Assembly: GCF_009914755.1 (NCBI RefSeq)
Contig: NC_060929.1
Origin: the human T2T-CHM13v2.0 reference genome, Homo sapiens
Strand: one strand, 5' to 3'
DNA length: 64,000 nt
Below are positions 1 to 12,160 of this stretch, piece by piece. Both the position numbers and the translations under genes were made by a program. Positions within the stretch are counted from its first letter, which is position 1; every line of letters starts with the position of its first letter. The notes under the pieces were generated by a model that did no database searches, had not been told where the DNA came from, and saw only the letters and a program-made list of their open reading frames with translations.

Positions 1-576
1 TTGTTGTAAATATACTTCTGTTAAGTGTCTTAGTGTTAGACTGAAATTTATTCAACTGTGAAAATTTTTAAATTTGATTTTTAATACTGTAGTGAAACGT
101 ATTTTTGTTTTAAGGGTTATTTCAAAATCAAATCCTAATCTTTCTAAGAATTACATTATTATCATACCTCTATAGATCACCAAGGAGTTATACTAGCCAT
201 GGTTTTCTAAGGTAACCATCAAATCATATTTTTTCCTTCTTTTCTTTTGGCTTTCTTTCTACGGTTGATTTTCAAGTACAGGGGATTCATGTGGGATAAC
301 ATTGCAACAGAATTTAGTGTCTCCCTAACTTTTCATTTCAACTGTACTATTTTTACACAAACAGCAGTTCTTATTTCTCTCTTTTAGTTTAGGTAAAATG
401 CTGAGAATGCTTTAACCCAGAGATACTTAAACTTTTGAACTCTACAACAATTTTTTAATTGCTTCAAAAAATTTTTAATCAGGCAGGGCATAAATAAATT
501 AATTTAAAAATACAGATATTAGTATTTTGATCCATATATAGCCAGGTAAAAAGAGAGTAGATACACAAATAAGTGA

Positions 577-625
577 ATGTATGTATGTATGTATATATAT
601 ATACACACACACACATACATGTGTG
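577..625. repeat. Compound (TATG)n(TA)n(CA)n microsatellite
   Basis: Read directly from the sequence. Confidence 0.85.
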
Positions 626-770
626 AGAATTTTAAAAATTATTTCTATATCTAGTTTATTCTTTCATTATAAAAATCATGGCCAGAATCTTGTAATTATT
701 TGCTTAATGAAGGGAAGAATCTCTAATATAATTTTAATAACAGCCTTAGACTTATTAAAATGATGTTTCA

Positions 771-1057
771 GTCTGGGTGTGGTAGCCATACCTGTAATAC
801 CAGCACTTTGGGAGGCCAAGGCAGGCAGATCATTTGAGGTCAGGAGTTTGAGACCAGCCTGGCCAATATGGTGAAACCCCGTCTCTACTAAAAATACAAA
901 AATTAGTCGGGCATGGTGGCATGAGCATGTAATCCCAGCAAATCGCTTGAACCTGGGAAGCGAAGGTTGCAGTGAGCCGAGATGGCGCCACTGCACTCCA
1001 GCCTGGGCAACAGAGCGAGACTCCATCTCAAAGATTAAAAATAAAAATAAAATAAAA
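771..1057 (+). mobile_element. AluS (Sx/Sz-like) with a ~22-bp deletion in the right arm
   Basis: Dimeric Alu with A-rich linker and tail. TACTCGGGAGGCTGAGGCAGGAG is missing between taatcccagc and aatcgcttga. Confidence 0.95.
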
Positions 1058-3008
1058 GTATGTTTTGATGTTGTCTTTCAAACAACATGAAAGATATTAC
1101 ATATATCACTCTTTGGGGGAAAAAAGAGAAGAAAAAATTAAAATGATTCAAATTTACTTAAAGTCTTGAAGGAAAGAAAATTGCAATAGATTTTTAGCAT
1201 CTAGTTATTTCATAAGATGGCAAAAAATTAGTAGAAATTAACCTAACCACATTTTGAGGCTGAAATTGAACCTTATGGCCAGCAGTTTATATTTGAGAAA
1301 ACTTAATCACCTTCAGTTACCTAACCTGGAATTTTGCTGACATGACTATTTTTGCCTGAACCCTTTTTTGAGGGCTTGATGAGGCTGGCCTGAATTTTGT
1401 GTGAGAAAGGTCAGAGTCATAAGCCAGGTTCCATTCTTACTCTATTTCCTGGTCACATTTTGTACAACTACCCACAGTCATTTCTTTGCAAGCATTAGCA
1501 CTCTTTCTACCAGTGGGTGAAAGAAAGGCCAAGTCCCTGTATGTACATGTGTATATTCAGCCTGCCAATATAAATAGTGCATTAGCTTATTTTTACTGTT
1601 TTCATGTTTATCTTAAATTTCCAGAAAATAATAAATATCCCCTATTTATACATAATGCTGTCTTCTTTCCATCTCCATTCCATAGGAGGCCTAGTACAGT
1701 GTTTTGTACATAGCAGACTCACCTATCCAGTCATTTTTTTACTCACTCGCTGTCCTGTCTTGTCATTATCTGGTAATAGAAATGTGTCATCACCTCAAAG
1801 GAGAAGAGATGTTCATAAGGAAGAAATTAATTTAATCATATGAGTGTTTCTGGACAGTTTCTTACTGTATTTTTTTGTACCGCTACTCAGTTGAGAATTT
1901 CAATGCTGTCAGTCAAATGACCTAGCTAGATTCTTACTTTGCAACCTTGCGAAACTCATTGGACCCCTTATCTACTTTAGTTTATTCATCTTTATAAGAA
2001 TATTCACATTCATTCAACTTTTCCTATATTAAGTATCATATAAGGATAGAATTGGGGAAAAGTGAAAATGCTGGGAAAAGATAGTTTTTAAAAATGCTTA
2101 TTCAATTTGTTAAAAATAAACACATCGATCATGTACATATAAATACACATATATACACATATGTATGTGTGTATGCATTTCTTTAATGAAGGAGAATTTC
2201 CATTCTTGTCGGACATAGTAGGTCAGTATAACTTATATCGACAAGAATGAAAATTCTGAAAAAATAAAGCATCTGAATCTGATATTTTTGCACATACTCT
2301 GCGTTGAGAAAAAATTTTTTCACATGATTAAGGATCACCAAGTGTGTTAAAATGAGACCTTGTGATTTGAATAGATGAAGCTTCATTGAGAAGTGGCTGT
2401 AACTCTGTAATACTTTATTGAGGTCATACTAAAAATAGAAGCCAAAGCCTTAGCGCTTAGTGCTGTCTCTTAGTGATATAGCTACAACTGCCATTTCTGC
2501 TATCTAGACCTCAGTTGACTCAGTGACAGCTGAGGCCAGCCATAAGCTTTAGTAATGGTGGAAATAGTTAATAATCTCATCTGCTTCTGTGTAGCATTCA
2601 AAGTTTTAGCCCCGTATTGGAGAAGTATTTTAGATCCTATTATGCAGAGGCAGAATTCACAAAAATACCAGGACAGCTGCTGCACATTTTGTATTAGTAT
2701 TAACAGTGCCAGTTCAGAATGTGATCTTTGCATTTAAGTTCTCAGGTATAAGGTTACAATGTTTTAGGTCTTGGGCTATTTTAACCCCTTTGTAGAGTTT
2801 GATGAATACTGGAGGCAGGATATAAGACAAAATACATATCTACACGTAGCTACTTTTAGTTAAAACCTGATATCCTTTTTATACATATTTAAGAATTCAT
2901 ACGTGCTGGAGCTGTCATGGTAATTCAAGGTTTAGGGAAGGAGCATTTCCAGTTTTGTTTGTTATTTGTTTTGCAAAGTGCTACCTTTATTAATATGTAT
3001 TTCTGCAG

Positions 3009-3070
3009 TTTTATTGCTATAGAAGTCCTGCTCCTCAGATTTTCAATTTACACTTCAGAGTACTAGCAAG
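3009..3070 (+). CDS. Candidate internal exon (62 nt), FYCYRSPAPQIFNLHFRVLA(R)
   Basis: tatttctgcag| acceptor, AAG|gtacgt donor. Only one frame is open, and it runs in frame into 5202-5280. Confidence 0.35.
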
Positions 3071-3666
3071 GTACGTTGGAGTTTGTTCCATTTTGATGTT
3101 GTCTGTGTGTGCTCACATCTTAACATGTCTTAATGCTATAAAGAATTCATTCATGTATCCAACAGTCTATTAAATAGATCAGCTTTTTCTGACTTTATAA
3201 ATCAAAATCTTCAGGTATAGGCATGAAATTACTTATTGAAAAATTATCAGAATACCATATTGTGTCTTAAAAGGACAAATTAATAAGTGATGTTATGAAT
3301 GGTGGATTGAATATGACTGTGATATAGATGTAATGACATAAGAGAAAATCTCTCATGGCCTCAGTCAATCCTACTGGAAAATAAGGAGAGCCCTAGGACC
3401 AGTGTTGCCTATTTGAGCTACTGGACAATTATTTTTCAACTGATAAAACATGGACACCTACCAGTCAAAACAGGAAGATGATCACTGTGCTCTTTAAGTA
3501 CATTTGGCTACATATCAGCCCCTCTCCCACCTTTTCCTGCAACATTTCTACTTGTAGCAAGTAAATCTCAGCCCACAAACTCATCTTTGCCCCATTTATA
3601 GCTTTATTTCTTCCTTTAACTGAATTTAATACTTGTTGTGCATAGCAACAGGGAGTTAGTGATTTC

Positions 3667-3864
3667 AGTCTCCCAATATTGAAAATGGGCATGTTCATTT
3701 TGTGTGGCTCCATGTGGCATAACTAGGACCAATAGGTGGATGTCACAAACAGGAGCATTTTAGTTATTCTCTTGTCAGGAAAAAACAAAGCTGTCTCCAG
3801 AATGAATGAATTACCTGTCATTGCAAATGTTTGTTCTCAGATATTTGGATGGTAGTCAAGGAAG
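3667..3864 (+). mobile_element. L3/CR1 3' fragment, copy 1
   Basis: tgtgtggctcca...aactaggaccaataggtgga...gctgtctccagaatgaatga resembles the CR1/L3 3' end. Confidence 0.6.
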
Positions 3865-3885
3865 CATAATATCATAATATAATGC

Positions 3886-4045
3886 TGTAATAGGTACATT
3901 CACATTGCTATAACGGAATAGTACAGACTGGATAACTTGTAATGAACAGAAATTTATTGGGTTATAGTTCTGGAGACTGGGAAGTCCAAGATCATGGGGG
4001 TGGCACCTGGTGAGGGCTTTCTTGTTATAACTTGTAGAAGGTGAG
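3886..4045 (-). mobile_element. MaLR (MST/MLT1A-type) LTR fragment
   Basis: tgtaatagg...tgctataacggaata...aatttattgg...ttctggagactgggaagtccaagatc. Confidence 0.8.
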
Positions 4046-4159
4046 ACGGTACAATTCTTGAAGTTTATTTAAAATGATAATAGTCAAGGAATAAGAAGGA
4101 TGTATTCATTGAATCATTACCCTCTGTAAAAATTTAGAATTATAAACAAAAATTTAGAA

Positions 4160-4340
4160 ATGCAATATAGTTAACAACATGAACTTTAAAGTTAAACAGA
4201 TAAGAATTACAACTTAGCTTCGCTATTCCTGAGTAGAGCTTTGGCAAATTGCCCAACTTCTTAGAGCCTCGATTTTCCCATCTGTATATGGAGAATAGCA
4301 CCTACCTTCTGGGTTGTTGGGAGAATCTAATGAGATTTAA
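4160..4340 (+). mobile_element. MIR
   Basis: Core ttggcaaattgcccaacttcttagagcctcgattttcccatctgtatatgg. Confidence 0.75.
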
Positions 4341-4509
4341 AAAAAAAACAAAAAACAAAAACAACAACTTATCAAACATTCTACCTGTAGGGTAACTGTG
4401 ATCATCACAAAAAAAATAATTTTTATGTTTATTATTCTCATTATTATTGGAGATTTGTTGTATTATTGGGAATAAAATCCCTAGAGATGATAGTAAAGCA
4501 AAGCTGATG

Positions 4510-4700
4510 ATAATAGCAGTGCTTTTTTGAAAGTTTTAAAGTGCTCTTTAAGCAAGTAATATACATTACTTGTAACCCTTATAACAAAATTGTGAAATAA
4601 ATAGTATTATTCATACATGAAAACTTAAGTTTCAAAGAGGTTAAATAACTTGCTGAGGATTTGCAACTAATGCCAGATAGTACTCCAGGGGTAGGTAAAC
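4510..4700 (-). mobile_element. MIR
   Basis: Reverse core atgaaaacttaagtttcaaagaggttaaataacttgc. Confidence 0.6.
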
Positions 4701-4797
4701 TTGACTTTTCATTTTCTAAAATGAGTGATGGAAACAACTGGTAGCCTAGAGAATAGAAGACTTTGAAGTTTGTTTACATGAACTGGATGTATTTGAG

Positions 4798-4996
4798 GGT
4801 CTGTCATGTTGAAACGGTTAAGCTTATTTTGCATGGCTCCATATGGCATCACTAGAACCAACAGATGTTGCAAGCAGGAAAATTTCAGTTCTGCTCTTTT
4901 CATTAACAAAATAGAAGAGGCCGCTTCTAAAAGGAATGAGCTCCCTGTCAGTGGAAATGATTGATCTCAGACATATATACAAAAGTCAAGTAGAAG
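4798..4996 (+). mobile_element. L3/CR1 3' fragment, copy 2
   Basis: gcatggctccatatggcatcactagaacca...aatgagctccctgtcagtggaaatg; parallels 3667-3864. Confidence 0.6.
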
Positions 4997-5201
4997 AAGT
5001 TCCCATGAGGGACAGGATACTGGGCTAAAGTTCTGAAGTTCTGTTTATTGCTCACATTCCACATTTTAAGTATTAACTATTTGCAAGTGTTGATTGGTGG
5101 ACATAAGGTAGAAAATATCACTAATTCCTACATTTTAAGATTCCATTTATAGATTCTACTTTACATTAGTGATTTCACAGACTTAAAATTTTTTTTTGCA
5201 G

Positions 5202-5280
5202 AGGAGTGGCAAGTTTTGAGAAACTCTTATATCTGACATCTTCCATTAGCTTTTACGGCGATTATACTGTGTTTAGTGAG
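5202..5280 (+). CDS. Candidate internal exon (79 nt), GVASFEKLLYLTSSISFYGDYTVFSE
   Basis: tttttttttgcag| acceptor, GAG|gtacat donor. The single open frame matches both neighbouring candidates. Two CpGs are retained. Confidence 0.35.
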
Positions 5281-5710
5281 GTACATTGCTGTTATATCTT
5301 TGGTGACAGAAAATTTCAGGTAGAAGTTGGTATTTTAAAGAATGCTTGAGTAAAGTAAAGTGGTCAAAGCCACTGCTCAAAGCATTATTCTTTTGAAATG
5401 GGATTTATTCTGGATTTGTTTGTCTCAAATTTTTACAAAACCTACATCTTGAGGGTTATAGATGAAATGTTCTTCTTTATTGTTAATTGAGATTTTAAAG
5501 TAAATAACATTTTAAATACCTACTAAAATAAAATATAATTCTTTTATTTACTTTAAAAGATGCAATTAAAAGGTAGCTCATATGATTTCACTAGAAACTA
5601 CTGGGCCTGTCTACTTGCTTAAAATATTTTTTCCTACTTAGTACAAATGTTAAATTATCATTCAGGAAACCTTCCTGTCAAAAATGTTTTACTGATTTAT
5701 TGTTTTAAAG

Positions 5711-5971
5711 ATGGGTTTCTCCCACCTTGGTGATTCTTATGCACCTCCCTGGTACATTGACCTCCCCCTACCCACCCAACAACCATACATACTATTGAGA
5801 TGCATTTTTCTGGATGTAAATAACAGTTATGATAAGTATGAAAATAAGCCTTCTATTTGGAAGAATGTAAAGGGGAGTCTGTGGTTTGGCAGTGGGTGGT
5901 CTTTTTCCTACCTTGGATATATTGGTTTATCAGATGAGAGAGACAGAATTGATAAAGTTCAAAGGAAGTAA
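5711..5971 (+). CDS. Candidate exon / 86-aa ORF MGFSHLGDSYAPPWYIDL...
   Basis: Branch-like tactgat and ttgttttaaag| lie directly before the ORF, in phase 0 with 5202-5280. Possible donors at 5751, 5967 (GAA|gtaagg) or 6097 (CAG|gtgagt). Confidence 0.25.
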   Translation: MGFSHLGDSYAPPWYIDLPLPTQQPYILLRCIFLDVNNSYDKYENKPSIWKNVKGSLWFGSGWSFSYLGYIGLSDERDRIDKVQRK

Positions 5972-6821
5972 GGACTTCTGACTCTTTGAATTGAAAGTAG
6001 TGGCGTTCATGACACAAGATTGTGGAAACTCAGGGCCTGTTGGATAGACTGACTCTGAAGAAATAGAATTCTATTAGATGATAGTGGAGATTGCCAGGTG
6101 AGTGGTCAGAGTTATAAGAGTACCTAGAAACAGGATCTTATTACGATTGTTAATGTGGTATGAAAATCACCTCTTCAAATGAAGAAGCCTGCTATGATGT
6201 AAGCAAGCTGAGTTAACTGATTTACAATGGAGAATAGCGGAAGTCCAAAATCAGACTTCTGGGGGCAGCGAGCAAATGTTTTCTATTGCTTGTGCTTTGG
6301 GTGTAGAAGTTGTTAGGGCAAGACTTCGGGTGTGTTGATTTCTTAAGGTAACAGTTGTTGCAAGTGAGGTAGGTCCATGGGAAATAGTTTGGATTTAGCT
6401 TGAATTTGTGATAATGAGGGCCAGAATGCTGTGTTTATGAGAATGGAGAGCATGGGGCTGACATTAGTGATGCCTTAGAAGAGAAACACAGCAGTACGTG
6501 GTGACAGGCTAAATGCAGAGGGGGGATAGAAGTGGCATTGCTGGCTTTGTGGCTGATGTGACAGCAAAAAAGCAGGATGTAGATTGTGTGACAGTTGCTT
6601 TCAAGGATAAGCAAGGGCAACCATGAATGAAACAGTAATCACAACGGAGTGTGTTTTTCTAAGTAAATGAACATATGTGATAAGGTATGCAACTGATGAA
6701 GGTAAACTTAAAACTGGCCTGTAAATTAATGAATCCAATTATGATCTATATCTTCTTTGACTTCTGCTTGGCCTTGGTAACAAATGTCAACACAAAGAAG
6801 TTACAAATTCGTGTTAACATA

Positions 6822-7052
6822 ACAATGGCTCTCATTTATTGATTGCTCACTTACTATAAAATGGGCATTATGCTAAGTGTTTTATATGCCTCATTTTGTT
6901 TAGTCCACATAGTTACAGTTTTTACCCCTAATCTATAGATGGCAACATTGAGGTGCAGGGAGATAGAGAGCCTTGACCATGGTTACACGGTCAATAAATG
7001 CTACAGCCAGTATTCAGTCCTATTCTCTCAGACCCAGAGCCCATTCTCTTAA
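6822..7052 (-). mobile_element. MIR (MIRb-like)
   Basis: catttattgattgctcac...atagatggcaacattgaggtgcagggagat...ggttacacgg. Confidence 0.75.
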
Positions 7053-10000
7053 GAATTTGGCAGCCTACCTCATGATTATCTTTCTGATCATAACCTACCT
7101 TGGAAACAAAACCATTATTCCTCAGTTTGCCTCTGCAGTGGACAAAGCATGAAGGGGAGTGGCCCAGACAAAAGGAAAATATTATTTGTTTTTTGAGGAA
7201 AGCAAAGAAACAAACAAAAGACCAGATAGATTTGTAGTGCTTCAATCTATCGTTATCATCATTAATAACAACCATACTCTAAAGAGATTTGTTTCCAAAT
7301 TAGTTTTTGTACCAATTGGCTGCATTTTAAGTTTACGAAATGGCAGTTTTATAAGAACCAGTAAGTTTTGATGTTACTAGTCTATCTCAGATTAACCAAA
7401 GAAAGAACTGTGTGTGGAGGAAAGGTTGTTATCAAGTTTTAAAAAGACTTCAGCTCTTTGTATGCTTTATAATTCATACCCAGCAAACAAGGATACTCAC
7501 ACAATTTCTTTTAATCCAAAATCCCGAGCAAGTCAAAAGGCCACATGCCTTTGTCTCAAGCATTAGGCCTTTTCATTAAATGTAATTCATAGGACATGCA
7601 TTTAGTCTATAGCCTTTCTTTCAAAATATGTAGGAAAATATTCTTTCTGTACCTATTGTACAAGATAAAGTAGACAAAATCTTCCTCAGTTTAGAGTTTT
7701 AAGAACTTTGAGTGAGGCTGTTTTAAGACTGTTAGATATTATAGAAGGTATATTTCCCATTAGGTTGGCTATTTTGCTTATTGTGGGCAAGTCACTTAAA
7801 CTCTTTGTACCTATTTATCACCTCTGAAATAGAAACGTGAATATCTTCATCACCAATGGCATTGTTGTGTACCTCCAATGCAAATCTATTCATTCCACTA
7901 GCAACCAATATGGCACTACCTAGGTGTCAGAGGGCCCCTGCTCGAAAAAACACTTTATTCCCTTGGTGTTTCAGAGTTAGGTGAACTTTAGTATCCAGTA
8001 CAAGACCTGATTCTTGACTGAAAATAATCTTTGATGATAAGAAATGTAGCTATCAAGCTACCTTGAAATATTAGATTTTTAATAAACATAACAGTAATTG
8101 TCACCCAATGAAGATTAATAGGGTGTTTGCCAAATAATTGAAGCTACTTAACACAAAACTTTTATGAGCACAACTGATCTCAAAAAGTGATTATTGTTTT
8201 TATTATTATTAGAATTACAATAATTTATCCCAGTCAGACATTGAGGCCATGCACGCTGCCAACTGGAAAGTTAAAGTGAAAGAATACACAGAACCATGAA
8301 ATGGCATTCTGTGCCTCCGACAATTTTGTCTTTAGGGCCACTTAGTCAGCATCCTTAAGTGCTTGCTGCTGTTGCTAGATCAGAATAAACCATTTGTTAA
8401 GAGAATGAATGCCAAGTTTGCCTGTAGTTGCAAAAGTACGATTTGATTATTGTCTCTATCAATAGTATCCTTAAAATATCTATGAAATTATAGAGAATAA
8501 GAATGAATACTTACTGAAGTAGTAATTGTAACTGACAGGAGAGAATTTTTGATTTAGACTCAAAAGCAGAAAGAAAAGCACAGATAATAAATATTAAAAA
8601 AAAAACCTTAAAGGTTAAGAGAGATTCCCTTTTTATTCAAGAGTTTTCTTCCATTTTGCAAAAGAGCAATAATATTTATACCATATGAGGATTTACACAG
8701 ATGCATGATTTTTATATTTATAAAGGAGAGAAATGAAAGCTGTTGGGCATATGGATAATTTACTGGAAATCATTTTGTGTGCAAGTATTAGAAACAGGAT
8801 ATAATCAGCAACATTCTTTTTTTATCTTTGTTTGCTTCTTTTTAATTTGTTTTTATTTCCATAGGTTACTGGGGGGACAGGTGGTGTTTGGTTACATGAG
8901 TAAGTTCTTTAGTGGTGATTTGTGAGATTTTGGTGCATTCATCACCTGAGCAGTATACACTGTACCCTATTTGTAGTCTTTTATCCCTCACCCCGACTCC
9001 CGCCCTTTCCCCCTGAGTCCGCAAAGTCCATTGTGTCATTCTTATGCCTTTGCATCCTCATAGCTTAGCTCTCACTTATGAGTGAGAACATCCGATGTTT
9101 GGTTTTCCATTCCTGAGTTATTTTACCTACAATAAGAGTCTCCAATCTCATCCAGGTCACTGCGACTGCCATTAATTCATTTCTTTTTATGGCTAAGTAG
9201 TATTGCACTGCATATGTATACCAGTTTCTTTATCCATACATTGATTGATGGGCATTTGGGTTGGTTCTATGATTTTGCAATTGTGAATTGTGCTGCTATA
9301 AACATGCATGTGCAAGTATCTTTTTCATATAATGACTTCATTTCCTCTGGGTAGATACCAAGTAGGCAGATTGCTGGATCAAATGGTAGTCCTACTTTTA
9401 GTTCTTTAAGGAATATCCACAGTTTTCCATAGCGGCTGTACTAGTTTACATTCCCACCAGCACTGTAGAAGTGTTCCCTGTTAACTGCCAACAGGGATGT
9501 AGTAGATGTTCCATGCCAACATCTACATCTACTATTTTTAGATTTTTTTTTTATTCTTACCATTCTTGCAGGGGTAAGGTGGTATTGCACTGTGGTTTTG
9601 ATTTGCATTTCCCTGATCATTAGTGACATTGAGCATTTTTTTTTGTATGTTTGTTGGCCATTTGTGTATCTTGTTTTGAGAAGTGTCTATTCATATCCTT
9701 AAGCCCACTTTTTGATGAGATTGTTTCTTTCTTGCTTGCTTATTTTTTTGAGATCGTTGTAGATTCTAGATATTATTCCTTTGTCAGATGTGTAGATTAT
9801 GAAGACTTTCTCCCACTCTGTGGGTTGTGTGTTTATTCTGCTGACGGTTCTTTTGCCATGCAAAAGATCATTAGTTTAATTAAGTTGCAGCTATATATCT
9901 TTGTTTTATTGCATTTGCTTTTGGGTTCTTGGTCATGAAATTCCTTTCCTAAGCCTATCTCTAGAAGGGTTTTTCCAATGCTATCTTCTAGAATTTGTTT

Positions 10001-11622
10001 TATACTTTGAGGTGTTAGGTTTAAGTCCTTAATCCATCTTGAGTTGATTTTTATATAAGGTAAGAGATGAGGATCCAGTTTTATTCTCCTATCTGTGGCT
10101 AGCCAATTATCTCAGCACCGTTTGTTGAAAATGGTGTCCTTTCTCCACTTCATGTTTTTGTTTGCTTTGTCGAAGATCAGATGGCTGTAAGTATTTGGGT
10201 TTATTTCTGGGTTCTCTATTCTGTTATATTGGTCTATGTGCCTATTTTTATACCAGTACCATGCTGTTTTGGTGACTATGACCTTATAGCATAGTTTGAA
10301 ATCAGGTAATGTGATGCCTCTAGATTTGTTCTTTATGCTTAGTCTTGCTTTGGCTATGTGGGCTCTTTTTTTTTGGTTCCATATGAATTTTAGAATTGTT
10401 TTTTCGAATTCTGTGAAGAATGATGGTGATATTTTAATGGGAATTGCATTGAATTTGTAGATTGGGATTGATTTGTTCTTGTTTCTCTAGTTCCTTGAGG
10501 TGCAACGTTAGATTGTCTGTTTGTGCCCTTTCAGACTTTTCGATGTAGGCATTTAGGGCTATGAACTTTCCTCTTAACACCACCTTTGCTGTCTCCCGGG
10601 GGTTTTGATAGGTTGTGTCACTATTGTCTTTCAGTTTGGAGAATTTTTTAATTTCCGTCTTGATTTCGTTTTTGATCCAATGCTCATTCAGGAGCAGGTT
10701 ATTTAATTTCAATGTATTTGCATGGTTTTGAAGGTTCCTTTTGGAGATAATTTTCAGTTTTATTCCACTGTGGTCTGAAAGAGTGCTTGATATAATTTCA
10801 ATTTTCTTAAATTTATTGAGGCTCATTTTGTGTCATATCATATGGTCTGTCTTGGAGAAAGTTCCATGTGCTGTTGAATAGAATGTATATTCTGCAATTG
10901 TTGGATGAAAATGTTCCGTATGTATCTGTTAAGTCTATTTGTATCAAGGTATAATTTAAATACATTGTTTCTTTGTTGACTTCCTGTCTTGATGACCTGT
11001 CTAGTGCTGTCAGTGGAGTATTGCGGTCCCCCACTATTATTGTGTTGCTATCTCATTTCTTAGGTCTATTGGTAATTCTTGTATAAATTTGGGATCTCCA
11101 GTGTTAGGTGCATATATGTTTAGGAATGTGATATTTTCCTGTTGGGCAATGCCTTTTATCATTATATAATGTCCCTCTTTGTCTTTTTAAACTGCTATTG
11201 ATTTAAAGTGATTTTTGTCTAATGTAAGAATAGCTACCCCTGCTTGCTTTTGATGTCAATTTGCATTAAATGTCTTTTTCCACTTCTTTACCTCAAGTTT
11301 ATTTGAGTCCTTATGTGTTAGGTGAATCTCTTGAAGGCAGCAGATAGTTGGCTGGTATCTGATCAATTCTGCAATTCTATATCTTTTAAGTAGAATATTT
11401 AGGCCATTTACATTCAATGTTAGTATTGAGATGTGAGGTACCATTCCATTGATCATGCTATTTGTTGCCTGTATACCGTGGTTTTTTGTTTTTGTTTTTT
11501 AAATTCTATTTTTTGTTTCATAGATTCGGTGAGATTTATGCTTTAAAGAAGTTCTGTTTTGATGTGTTTCCAGGATTTGTTTCAAGATTTAGAGCTCCTT
11601 TTAGCCATCCTTATAGTGGTGG

Positions 11623-12047
11623 TGTGATGGTTAATACTGTCAACTTGATTGGACTGAAGGACGCAAAGTATCAATCCTGGGTGTATCTGTGAGGGTGCTG
11701 CCAAAAGAGATTAACATTTGAATCAGTGGCCTGGGAAAGGCACACCGACCCTTAGAGTAGGCACAGTCTAATCAGCTGCCAGTGCAACTAGAATATAAGC
11801 AGGCAGAATAAAATGTGAAAAGAGAGACTGGCTTAGCCACTCAGCCTACATCTTTCTCCCATGCTGAATGCTTCCTGCCCTCAAACATTGGACTTCAAGT
11901 TCTTCAGTTTTGAAACTTGGGCTGGCACTCCCTGCTCCTCAGCCTGCAGGTGGCCTATTGTGGGACCTTGTGATCATGTGAGTTAATATTTAATAAACTT
12001 TATATACATATACATACATATATATATATACATACATACATATATAT

Positions 12048-12116
<69 letters not shown>

Positions 12117-12160
12117 GTTCTTCCATTGGTTCTTCCCTCTAGAGAACTCTGACTAATTCA
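11623..12160 (+). mobile_element. MLT2A-type (HERV-L) solo LTR nested in the L1
   Basis: TGTGATGGTTAATACT...GACTAATTCA termini; 5-bp TSD GGTGG at 11618-11622 and 12161-12165. Confidence 0.9.
12000..12110. repeat. (TA)n/(TACA)n microsatellite inside the MLT2
   Basis: About 110 bp, ending in a long pure (TA)n run. Confidence 0.95.

Larger units (their letters stand above)
115..5971 (+). pseudogene. Candidate multi-exon decayed gene or spliced transcript; exons 115-211, 282-392, 2595-2745, 3009-3070, 5202-5280, 5711-(5751/5967/5971); product unidentified
   Basis: Each segment has an AG acceptor after a T-rich tract and a GT donor (AAG|gtaacc, TAG|gtaaaa, CAG|gtataa, AAG|gtacgt, GAG|gtacat). 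One frame of the joined sequence has only 4 internal stops (385, 2695, 2701, 2722), and the last ~140 codons are stop-free. Confidence 0.35.

Noticed and set aside
676-1026. 116-aa [16 protein letters not shown]... and similar ORFs (19239, 22006, 34349, 37220, 40123, 40480)
   Set aside because: Translations of Alu sequence, not genes.
5253-5262. TACGGCGAT (Tyr-Gly-Asp) shared with the - strand exon candidate at ~36387-36395
   Set aside because: The 9-mer match does not extend; treated as coincidence.
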